DNA from: Azolla caroliniana
Taxonomy: Eukaryota; Plantae; Polypodiophyta
Direction: 5' to 3'
Length of the DNA stretch: 13,751 nucleotides
NCBI GenBank assembly: GCA_043228905.1
Contig: JBHGNT010000932.1
Location: forward strand, 1-13,751
Every line of letters begins with the position of its first letter. Position 1 is the stretch's first letter. The notes under the pieces were generated by a model. It did no database searches. It had not been told where the DNA came from and worked only from the letters and a program-made list of their open reading frames with translations. The position numbers were made by a program, and so were the translations under genes. Below are positions 1 through 9,642 of this stretch, in pieces.

Positions 1-178
1 ATTTTGTGTCTTGAAAGGCATGAATTGCTCCTTACTCCATATATATTTCTCCCTTCTAATTCCACTCCACTCCAACAAACCTTCGCCTTTTGCCGATCCA
101 ATGGAGCATTTTCGTCCATACCTCCGCAAACAAGATCGACAACTCTAAATTGGCATATATGGCAACATAACCAACACC

Positions 179-193
179 ACACACACACACACA
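179..193. repeat. (AC)7 microsatellite
   Basis: Perfect run. Confidence 0.85.
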
Positions 194-1165
194 TGTGTAT
201 ATGTGGTGGCTCTATCTATTCGTTTCTAGAGTCATCTTTTCATGTATATAGCTATGGGTTTATTACCATGTTGTAAATTTAGTGAGCCCATGAAAAGGAC
301 GTGTTCGGACAAGGGATGGCTACATAAATCTACAATGCTCTCTCTACACTCTTCTTTGGGGCAGGGCCCATCGAGAGCCAAATTAGCTACTATTTTGTGT
401 ACTAGTTAGAAACACATGGGCTCCATCAATAGCAACGGTTTCCTCTCGGGTGTACCAATCCACTAGTTGGGGTCCATTGAGAGAGAGCTTTATAAAAAGA
501 TAATGCCTAGGATGACGATCAATTGCTTCTGAATAACAGGACTATGAGTACACTATCACACCTTTCCTAGCGAAATCTTCTCAAAATAAGATTAGTGGAT
601 TTTGTAGCTTAGCTTTTTTGCCAATATGTCTTTACTTTAACACTTTTTTTGCCCATTGTCTTTGTTGCCTATTATTTTCTCACCTTACAAAGAGAAAAGT
701 TAAAAAGAAAGAAGGTGTCCATTATCTTGTTGCTTTCCTTCCTTTTTGTGTGGGATGATAGCTTAAAGAATGGATTGGAACATAAGTCGAGTTATGGTAC
801 ATCGTATCAAGTGCAAGCCACAACAACATAATGTATCATTCTCCATTTTTTCTCATCCCTCAATGTTCAGGGACCAAGAATAGCCACAATACTCAAACGT
901 GCAAAACTTATTGGAATTTCATAAATGTTTACAATTGTAACAATCATTTACCTTTGCTTTTACGCTTTTGTGCCATTTTTGCATGAGGCTACACGAAGCC
1001 TCGTAAACATTTTGTTGCTTTTCCACATTGCAAATCATTACAAGCCTTTGATGAAGGTAAGGGAGAATGATTTTTGACATATTTGGTCCTCGCCACAAAA
1101 TTTTAAGAGGTGACAGAGCTTCTGATGCTTATCTTGAATTATGTACATGCACGTGCAGGTGCTCG

Positions 1166-1183
1166 CACACACACACACACACA
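1166..1183. repeat. (CA)9 microsatellite
   Basis: Perfect run. Confidence 0.9.
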
Positions 1184-2270
1184 TGCACAATCTTGATAGA
1201 TTTTATACATGTTTTTTTCTAATTTACTCAATGTGGTGATCAGGTTTATGGTAACTCGTGCTTTCTCTCTCTTATGTTGAACAATATGCCTAAAAGTTGA
1301 AGCATGTTTTTGATGCACATATGTGAATCCCTAGTAAAGAAAAAGTGATTGGTTGCTTATGAAATACAATATGCAACATCCAGTATTCCCATATTTATCT
1401 TTATGAATCAGCATTGTTGCAAATCCTTTCCATAGGAATTTCTCAAAAATTGAAAGTGCTATATTCAATTTTCATATCTTTTTTTATATTTTACACCCCG
1501 CGCACTAAGTTTACTTTTTAGTTCTATAGTCTCAATAGTAATAATGGACATTATATAAACATATAATAGGATCGAATGTGGACATCATAGGTGGTTTCGT
1601 AGATAGCTTATATATTGTTGTATCTTGCTTTCGTTCATACTTTGGAACCTATGATGAATCTTGTAAACCAATAGTAATGCATTAGGATGTGATGGTAATG
1701 TCAAATAATTTCTCTACTAAGCTAGGTGTATTTTGTTTTCATCTTGAACAATCTTATTTTTCTTCCAACTTTTCTTCCAATTCATATTTTCACTTATTTT
1801 ACGCACTCCTAGCCTTTCTTAACGAGCTAATTATTGGGAACAATATTTAAGGATGATAATTTAAATCACATAATGCATATCCTAATGCACATGCTCATAA
1901 GGATAAGATATTTCCTATGGGAGGACACCTAATCCTAAAGGTAGTTTAGAGAGTTAATAAAAGGTTGTGTTGTAAGAAATCCAAATTAGGGCCCATGAGT
2001 CCCACGGGGGAAGTTGGCCCAAGAACCTCTTGGACGTGCCATGTGTCATGCATAGGACCCATAGCTATTGAAGGAGTAAGTTAAAGCTTACGCAAAGGAG
2101 GAATGATTGCACTTTCACAGTAACACTCAATGTAGAAGCACTTGGAGTTAACTTTCAAGAAATGATTCCAATATAAAGTACCATAGCTACAATGGGATAA
2201 CTTTTCACCATATTTCAAGGTTTTCTTACAAATACAGTGTGGGCTTTAACTTCTTCAAAGAATTCTTTAT

Positions 2271-2606
2271 CTACCAATTAAGTTGATAACTGCCTGCCTG
2301 AAGGAGAGGATGTGCAAAATAGGCACCCACGGTCAAGAAAAAGATGGTGAAGTAAGGCAACCTCAAAAACTCCTTATAGTAGTCCTTTGGCAATTGTTGC
2401 CGGCCATCTAAGATAGCCGCAAAAGGTACAATGCTCGTCCGTGCCTTAACGATATCAAAAGCATCACCATATCGAATACCAAGCCTTCGGTCACCATTCC
2501 ACACTCCAAAAAGATGATGTGCTAGAAGGCCAAACGAGGCAGTCAACATGAAGGAATTCCCAATCCAGAGTGTGTGCGCAAGGCACCAGAGAAATTGACC
2601 CACCAT
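2271..2606 (-). CDS. Z-ISO: Z-ISO exon 5 (111 codons plus TAG; contains Cys282/His285)
   Basis: Lies within ORF 2271..2612. Acceptor TTTTTAAATGCAG|ATG. Reads [11 protein letters not shown]...YQLNW stop. Confidence 0.96.
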   Translation of the reverse strand: MVGQFLWCLAHTLWIGNSFMLTASFGLLAHHLFGVWNGDRRLGIRYGDAFDIVKARTSIVPFAAILDGRQQLPKDYYKEFLRLPYFTIFFLTVGAYFAHPLLQAGSYQLNW

Positions 2607-5600
2607 CTGCATTTAAAAACCCAAGTCTTATTAAGACAATGTATGTTCAAATGATCGTTTCTTCATTTCACAGACTTCACTACCTATGTGAAGGCTTGGT
2701 AATTCACATTCTTTGAAGTCGAAATGTTTAGAATTTGAAATATTGAAGTTTGGGGTTTTAGGCTTTCAGGCTTCAGGCTTCAGAGTTTAGGTTTTAGATT
2801 TTGGGGTTTATATTTTGGCATTTACATTTTAGGGTTCAGTTTTAAGCCTTTACATTCTTCCGATAAGGCAATGCCAGTTGTAATTGCCCATAATTTCTTT
2901 GCGTAGGGTTGCTCTTCACTTGGTGTTTAGAATTTAGAGTTTAGGATTGCCATCGTTCAAATAAGGCAATTCTTAATCAAATGTTCACATATATTCTTGG
3001 TGGAGAGTTCTCCATTTCGGAGACCAAAACAATTTATGTTCACAAATTTATCCACACACTAGCATTTGGGATGAAGATTAAACGCTTAGAATTTGAAATA
3101 TGAGAGTTTATGGTTTTCTTTACTTGCCTGAGGATGTCTTGTAATCCTCATGATACCGGTCTCATACATGTGCATCTTCGGCTTGTCCACGGCAGCTACC
3201 TCTAGCAAGTTGAATGTAGATGGATAGAGAAAGAAGAAAGAGATGAATGATGTGAACCATACAAATTCGTGCATGCCGGTTATGCCTTGCACTTGCCATA
3301 GCTGAACACCATCATACCTATGATCAATGAAATATACCTGTGAAGCAACTTCAGTACTGTTACAACAAAAGAAAGCTACAAAAAACATGAGCCTGTGAAT
3401 TTTCTTCTGAATGCACATATGCTTGAGAAACAACTTGAATTTTTGTACAAATATGCATTTTTTATGGTATATACCACTGCCGAGACAGCAAGAGGCAAGG
3501 AAATGCCCGCAAAAAGAACTCGAAAAGCTCGTTCACCGATGAATTTCTCCCCAATGTCACGAAAACTAGCCAGGCCACTGTGGACAATGGCGAAGACTAA
3601 AAGAATCATCAACATTACAAACTGCAAAACAGAGTACCAGAACACTTAAAAAACTACAAAAATAGGAAAATGGCATACGATATAGTACAAATTAAGTCAA
3701 AGATTATCATTTTGAGTATCGTACATTTTGGGTTACGATATCACAAAAGGTTGTCATTTGGATTAGCCAAATCTTCCCATAATCACTAGTTTAAAAAGTT
3801 CAATTAATTAAATTAGATGCTTCTGTCCTCACACCACCCATAATTCCATGAATAATTATGATAACATAATCATACAGCATAGGGCACATGGAATCAACAT
3901 TCTGAGGGTGGGGCAACCGAAAAGAGCTTTGCTACATGATCGAAACTCATGTGCAACACAATTTGCTCATTTTAGAAGTACGTGTTACAATTAAGCAAAT
4001 GATCTCATGTGCAACACAATTTGATCATTTTAGAAGTAGCGTTACGATTAAGCAAATTATTTCACAAACACTATTCTGACATACCTCATGGTTATCGGAT
4101 AACGATGATATTGCTTGAATGAAAGCATTCCCATAGCCAGTTCTTGGATCGATCCAAATAAAGTTTAAGATAGTCAGAACAACACCAAGAACAATAGTAA
4201 AATATATCCAGGAGGACAACTTCTGACTGCTGAGCTTAAAGACGGCAGCATCTTCACCAACTAAAGTGGACTCCTCAAGACATTGATCCACTCTACTAGA
4301 CTCTTCCTTTTCATAACCACTCTCTGAAGCTTTAATGGGATTTGATATTACAGAATCAGATCTTTGCATATAATGCCTTATTTTGTACATGCCAAAACTG
4401 AGGCAAAGTTTTTCTTTTCTTAAGGATGGCATTTGCTTCCATAGAACCTGAATAATATATCCAAAAAATGTCATTTCCCAATGAATCCTGATTCCAACAA
4501 TGAATGCCAAATTTCAAGGAAGTTTATATAGAGTTTTTTTTATGAATGTTTGTTTATAGGACAATAAGATCCAAGGAATGTGATCCTTTTAAACAGCCTC
4601 ACAATGTTACTACTGCTTCACAACATGTTGAGGACATGAAGTTTGCATACCTCGTCGCAGCCTAAGAAATCACCTACACCTATAAAAGGCTGAACTAATA
4701 TTTTATCCATTTAACCCAAAATCAGACCTCTTGAACAATTACAATCATTAGCATGGATCTCTTCTATAAAATCATTAGCTTTAGAAGATCCTAATTGGAA
4801 GCCAAGTCAACAGGGTGGATATACAAAATAGAATGAAATGTGTGGACAGGATCATTGAATCAAAACCTTAGATAGAAATCAGATAATAATATGTTGTGCT
4901 CTTGCACATCACCACACAATTCGGTAATATCATCATGGCCCACTTATGTAAAAGGCATGCCTTGTTCTAACCAACTATTTTACATTGAGGTAGTCTTTAA
5001 ACTTAAGTCTTAAACCACTTCCAATCACTAAAATTTTAATGTACTGCATAAATGCAATATCAGCTATACCTATTAGCTGTGCAATACATTGGAAATGGAA
5101 AGCCAAGCTAAATGATGGGGTAAAGGAGATGTCCAATCAATCAAACACTTCCAACATCATCCAACCAGAATGCACACTGGGAAAAGATAATCAAGTTGAG
5201 CTTGACCATTAGTTCACTAAATTGCTCCAGACCTTGCAGTTTAAAGAAATGAATCAATTTCTCAATGTTCAATGACAACATTACATTCAAAACCAAGCAT
5301 GTTATTCAAAACATAATCGAAATTTCTTCATTTTACATCTAATTACCCTTCATTGCATTACTTTTACAAGAGGTTTACCCTAGTTATTCAAGCGTTTTGC
5401 CTGTAACCCATAGATTGGAAGCTCAACTCCCGCCTTCACTCTTGGTCTTTCTGTAGCCAGCAAGCAATGCCGTACTAAGAGGGAAAAAAACTAGATACAG
5501 GAAGCATTCTCTGCTTGTCCGATTTCTCAGAGGCGCCACTGCCATCTAGGATAGCATTTATATAATCAAATGTAAACCAAGTTCAAACCACATAAACATC

Positions 5601-6952
5601 TTGCAAGGCTCTCTCATACCATGAAACAATAGGCAATGTGACGCCAAAAATGTCAACATTTTCATGGCAGTCATTTATAAAACTGCCATACATGCATGCC
5701 TCCTCCAAAACTTAATCCTAAACCCTTATAAGCATAATGAGTGAGCTCTAGTATGAATAATACGACACTCTACATACACCAAGTAATGTTACATTAGCAT
5801 CAGAAAGGGGAGGAGATTATGTGGCCTATGAGATGTGAAAAAAGTCAACTTGGTTCCATATGACAGTTCTTATTTATATAAAACCACAGAGCTAGACATA
5901 ATGACTGAGCTCTATCCTGAACTCTTGAGTAATACCACAATCCACATTGATAGATTCTATGAACACCTAGCAAAAGAAGTCAAAAGTAAATCACAATTTC
6001 CCTTCAAAAGTACATTTTTTATGTGCAAAAGCTAAGAGAAAGGCACAAAAAATGAGCTCTAATATATTAATACCAGCAACCAACAATGATTCACAAAGGA
6101 AACACTACAGTAACATCTAGTGAAGAGGCCAAAACTCTGGCATAAAGAAGACACCCCAAAGATTTCATATGTTATCTTTTAGTTAAGAAATCTATAGCAC
6201 CCAAAAAGAAGCGTCATGATCTTATTTTATATGATAGCTTTTCTTTGCACAATGTGGAACTGAAACCCCCAGAATAAACTAGAGCTATGAAAAGGCACCT
6301 TGAAAGAAGTGACATAGAAAGTATTGATCGTGGCACTGATTATCAACTAGCATCAATGAGTGGTTACGAGGCATCATCAATCACCGGGTCTTTGCATCGC
6401 CTTGAGTATGTCATCCTCTCACCTAGGACCCAACATCTAGCCCTAAACCATATATCCCTTGAGCATAGCTGCCTCACATGGCACCAGGGACTAAACGCTA
6501 AGCTAACACCGCATATTGAGCTAACCTGAAACAATCTAAAACCCAATCCTAAATGCTAATTTACCCTAACTTCATTGAGCATCAGGCGTAAGGATCAATC
6601 TGATGTAGGATTAGACCCTAAACTCTCATTACATGCACCTAGCCCTAGCCCTAAACCTTCAATGCACGCATCTAATCCTAATCGAAAAATCTCAATTCAT
6701 GCACCCTAGCCCTAAAAGCCCAATGCATAGACTGAACCATAACCCTAAAGTATCAATACATGAACCCAGTCCTAACTCCTAACGCATCCTAAACGAACTT
6801 ATCTATGCACAACACAGAGAGAGAGAGAGAGAGAGAGATTCCTTTTGTACCTGGGGAGTGCGCATAGGAAAGCGGACGTGGCTGCGATGCGCAGAAGAAG
6901 ACTTGGTGTGTCTGTTGAGGAAGGAATGCTGAAGCAACAGGGGAGAAGCCAT
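2271..6952 (-). CDS. Z-ISO: 15-cis-zeta-carotene isomerase, chloroplastic (NnrU family); complete 5-exon gene, 385 aa
   Basis: Five exons (102+363+147+210+336 = 1158 nt) join in frame via phase-0 introns with CAG acceptors, from ATG at 6952 to TAG at 2273-2271. The protein has motifs I recognise from plant Z-ISO: [132 protein letters not shown] and a terminal W. Confidence 0.96.
2607..3127 (-). other. Z-ISO intron 4 (non-canonical GC-AG, 521 nt)
   Basis: CAG|GCAAGT donor and ATGCAG acceptor. Only this junction keeps the conserved RHPQMVGQ in frame. Confidence 0.92.
2726..2947 (+). repeat. Degenerate 7-bp telomere-like (TTTAGGG-type) array in intron 4
   Basis: 7-nt periodic run at about 2726-2852 (..aggcttc aggcttc agagttt aggtttt agatttt ggggttt..), exact TTTAGGG at 2828-2834, and gtttaga atttaga gtttagg at about 2925-2945. 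Confidence 0.7.
3128..3337 (-). CDS. Z-ISO: Z-ISO exon 4 (70 codons, VYFID...RHPQ)
   Basis: Lies within ORF 3086..3433. Acceptor TTCACAG|GTA, donor CAG|GCAAGT (GC type). The conserved RHPQ-MVGQ continuity fixes the junction. Confidence 0.95.
3338..3474 (-). other. Z-ISO intron 3 (GT-AG, 137 nt)
   Basis: GTATAT...TCACAG, phase 0. Removal restores [13 protein letters not shown]. Confidence 0.93.
3475..3621 (-). CDS. Z-ISO: Z-ISO exon 3 (49 codons, FVMLM...AVSAV; contains His169)
   Basis: Lies within ORF 3376..3645. Acceptor GTTTTGCAG|TTT, donor GTG|GTATAT. Contains HSGLAS and [11 protein letters not shown]. Confidence 0.95.
3622..4084 (-). other. Z-ISO intron 2 (GT-AG, 463 nt)
   Basis: GTATGT...TTTTGCAG, phase 0. 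Confidence 0.92.
3946..4060. repeat. Tandem duplication, 2 x about 58 bp, in intron 2
   Basis: CTCATGTGCAACACAATTTG(C/A)TCATTTTAGAAGTA...TTAAGCAAAT starts at 3946 and again at 4004, with few differences. Confidence 0.95.
4085..4447 (-). CDS. Z-ISO: Z-ISO exon 2 (121 codons, VLWKQ...SDNHE)
   Basis: Lies within ORF 4025..4510. Acceptor TATTATTCAG|GTT, donor GAG|GTATGT. Contains [18 protein letters not shown] and the first hydrophobic helix. Confidence 0.9.
6436..6794 (+). repeat. Degenerate CCCTAAA-rich telomere-like array or minisatellite in intron 1
   Basis: Exact CCCTAAA at 6441, 6616, 6649, 6710 and 6743, with many CCTAA/CCTAG variants. Confidence 0.7.
6816..6838. repeat. (AG)n microsatellite, (CT)n in gene sense, 12 nt inside intron 1
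   Basis: About 11 AG units seen directly. Confidence 0.97.
6851..6952 (-). CDS. Z-ISO: Z-ISO exon 1 (N-terminal plastid transit peptide, 34 aa [34 protein letters not shown])
   Basis: ATG in strong context GCC-ATG-GC. MAS start, Ser/Arg/His-rich with no acidic residues, typical of a transit peptide. Ends at donor CAG|GTACAA after exactly 34 codons, matching the phase-0 acceptor of exon 2. Different frame from the track ORF 6789..6974. The join across 2.4 kb is inferred. Confidence 0.82.
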
Positions 6953-6996
6953 GGCGTGCTCCGGGACGAGCCAAGAGAGAGGAAAATAATTTAGAA

Positions 6997-7008
6997 TATT
7001 TATATATA
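6997..7008 (-). promoter_or_regulatory. Candidate TATA box of Z-ISO (TATATATAAATA)
   Basis: Sits 45-56 nt upstream of the ATG and is followed by a pyrimidine patch (TTTTCCTCTCTCTT). Such AT runs are common here, so this is tentative. Confidence 0.35.
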
Positions 7009-7113
7009 CATATGTGTGCGTGTGTGTGTCTGTATATATATTAATATAATGTTAATAATAGAGAGAGGAAAAAGAAATCTGCATTATCTATTTAGAGACG
7101 ATCGATCACAAGC

Positions 7114-7157
<44 letters not shown>

Positions 7158-7168
7158 GGTGTGTGTGT

Positions 7169-7200
<32 letters not shown>

Positions 7201-7208
7201 GTGTGTGT
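7114..7208. repeat. Compound (GT)n(GA)n(GT)n(GA)n(GT)n microsatellite upstream of Z-ISO
   Basis: Alternating GT and GA blocks seen directly, 160-255 nt upstream of the ATG. Confidence 0.97.
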
Positions 7209-7392
7209 ATGTTGGGCTCACCCATCGATATGATCAACTGCTTGCTCTTGGTCTAGTTCCAATTGTAAATGGAAAATGATCTCCCCGATTCATCGATACC
7301 AAATGGACCATACGTCTGGCCGACCAATGCTCGTTGTAGTTCACCATGTGGTCACGATTGTTACTTGCGATGTAAATAGGTCTAATGTGAAG

Positions 7393-7405
7393 CCCCCCCC
7401 CCCCC
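7393..7405. repeat. C13 homopolymer
   Basis: Seen directly. Confidence 0.9.
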
Positions 7406-9027
7406 AGCCCAAGTATTTATACATGACGAACTTAGGGCTCAATGAGTGAGCTTCACAAGAGCTTGTCCTTTTCGAAGGTGTTCGTATTGTATAGTGGGAG
7501 GAGAAAACTCTTGCACGTTGTACCTGGAGGATGGTCCTGTGGCATACTGACATGTTAAGAGTGCGATCATGCTAGTGTGGAATTTAACCTCCACGCAAAG
7601 ATGAGTTCATCAAAGTGTGATGTCGATTCATACATGAATGTACATTTTGAATGGGGACGACAATAACTCGCTTGAAGATAGCACACGAGTTAACTTCCAT
7701 ACTTGTTACCAATTCCTTTTTAAACGAATGATCATCTGGATTCATCAAAGTTGAATGAGCTGCATGAGCGTCTCCAAAGAGTACTTCTATACAAAATTGC
7801 GTTCGTTAGTTGGATCACAATGAAACAAATGATCATTTGGATGAATTGGAGTCGAATGGGCTAATAGTGTGCCTAGGTAAAATTGTGATCACGATTGGTT
7901 CATTGTTGTAAACATAAATAAACATGCACAAGGCGAATGGGTCGATAAAGAGCCTAAGTGAAATTATGACCATGATTGTTTTATTGTCATGAACACAAAG
8001 ATATGAACATGTCATGGGTCAAAAGAGTGCCCTAAGGAATGTTTGAGTAAAAAATTGACCTAGCCTTCATTTGTAGAATGTTCACGAGTCACTACATTGC
8101 ATCAATACAAAATGTGAAGCTTGGTAGTATTGAAAGTGGATCACAAACTAATGGATATGTGAATAGAAATATTTTTTTCTTTTTTTTTCCAAAAAAGGTG
8201 CTACGTTCCCATTACTTAGGAGAGATTTTTACATAAAGACTATAAAAGGTCGCTTATATATAAATCCATCAATAGAAATAGAAATATATACCCATCAATG
8301 TAAGAGGAACAATAAAGGTTTCTTTTCGTTTTTATCATAAATAACAATAATTAGATTACTACTTACTTATCCAAATATCAATGAGCAACACATGTTTTTT
8401 ACTTGTGGAGGTTGCAAGATGAAACCTCACATGCCTCTACAACATTTTGGTTATATATATCATATTGTGCTTGCTTGCTTAACCATTGCTCATATTGGCA
8501 TTTTGCACTCCAAGGTTGCTTCTTTAACAATGTTGTTTATGAATATGATCACAACTTGAACTTTAGTTTTTTTGACATTATTGACATACATTGTCTCTTG
8601 AGAAACATTCTCACAAAGAAATAACAAATTCAATGTGTTTTGTTCTAGCATGAAACGTTGGATTGTCTATTGGGATGGTTGAACTAACATTGACACAATA
8701 CATATATGGTTGTCAGACCTTTTTATTTTGACATTGATAGGTTGAAATATTTATTTCATCTAAATTTCTTAAAACATTTCTAGTTATTGTTTGATACTCT
8801 ACCTCAATTGTGTTGAGGGTTATCTTTGGATGCCTTCTTGATGTCCATTAAACAACATTGCTTCTAAATTAATAACATAATCCACTTATATGTCTTGTTT
8901 GAGAGTCTCCAATCCAATTTGCATCACAAAACATATAATAAGCCACAAATTTTTATTGGCCAAAATTAAAACATGATAGAAAATGAGAAATTTTTAGCTT
9001 ATGCATAAATTTGTTAATGATGCTCCT

Positions 9028-9160
9028 TGTAAAAGCATGTATGGCCTTGTGATGGCCAAGAAAATCGATTATGGTAATGTAAAAACATGTATGGTCTTGT
9101 GATGGGCAAGAAAATCAATTATGGTATTGTAAAAGCATGTATGGTTTTGTAATGGGCAAG
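9028..9160. repeat. Minisatellite, 50-bp unit, about 2.7 copies
   Basis: TGTAAAA(G/A)CATGTATGG..TTGT.ATGG.CAAG units start at 9028, 9078 and 9128. Confidence 0.95.
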
Positions 9161-9642
9161 TATATAATAATCGAATATTTTAAGGCATAGTCTTTTTCTT
9201 TCATACAAGTCATTACATAATTACCATTTGATATTTTGAACTCATCAAGCATGTCCGACATATGCTTATTTCAGCGACAATGAAAAATATTATCATTGCA
9301 TCTCATCACTTCCAAACCACAAAACTAACATGTTTCAAATATATTATGAATCTTTTGTACCAAGACATATGATGTATTTTAAAGCTTACAAATGTATACG
9401 GCTTTAGTTTTACACTCAAACTCTTTCACTTGTTCCACGAAACTCCTTCATTCGACGTACACTTGGGAAAGCATTTTATCACATCCATTTGGAACATTCA
9501 ATTTTTGGCAAGGTGCATGAGCAAGTAAAGTTCTAACCGTAGGATTTTTGTTGTCGTTGACAAAGTTTGTTCAAAATCAAGGCCGTGCGTTTATGAGAAG
9601 CCTTAAACCATTAATCATGCTTTATATGTATTGATATGACCT

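Larger units (their letters stand above)
4448..6850 (-). other. Z-ISO intron 1 (GT-AG, 2403 nt)
   Basis: GTACAA at 6850 and TTCAG ending at 4448. AT-rich with no credible ORF. Depends on the exon 1 assignment. Confidence 0.8.

Noticed and set aside
284-423. 9-bp inverted repeat GAGCCCATG/CATGGGCTC as possible MITE ends
   Set aside because: No target-site duplication and the repeat is too short to support a call.
4-831. ORFs 4..276 and 649..831
   Set aside because: TTG starts, microsatellite-derived residues in the first, and no recognisable homology.
3395-3649. 84-aa plus-strand ORF
   Set aside because: Antisense shadow of Z-ISO exon 3.
4879-4936. Intronic C/D-box snoRNA candidate (ATGATGA ... 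CTGA on the minus strand)
   Set aside because: Box spacing is too short, with no terminal stem or recognisable rRNA guide.
5647-5689. Two adjacent 7-8 bp hairpins in intron 1
   Set aside because: Stems this short are expected by chance in AT-rich DNA.
5835-6546. Short ORFs in intron 1 (5835..6035, 6287..6529, 6364..6546)
   Set aside because: Short, no recognisable motifs, and partly overlapping the telomere-like repeat.
6789-6974. 61-aa minus-strand ORF MARPGARH...
   Set aside because: TTG start, wrong frame, and it runs into the CT microsatellite. The credible exon is in another frame starting at ATG 6952.
9028-9160. CRISPR array interpretation of the 50-bp repeat
   Set aside because: Contiguous units without spacers, eukaryotic context, and no cas genes.
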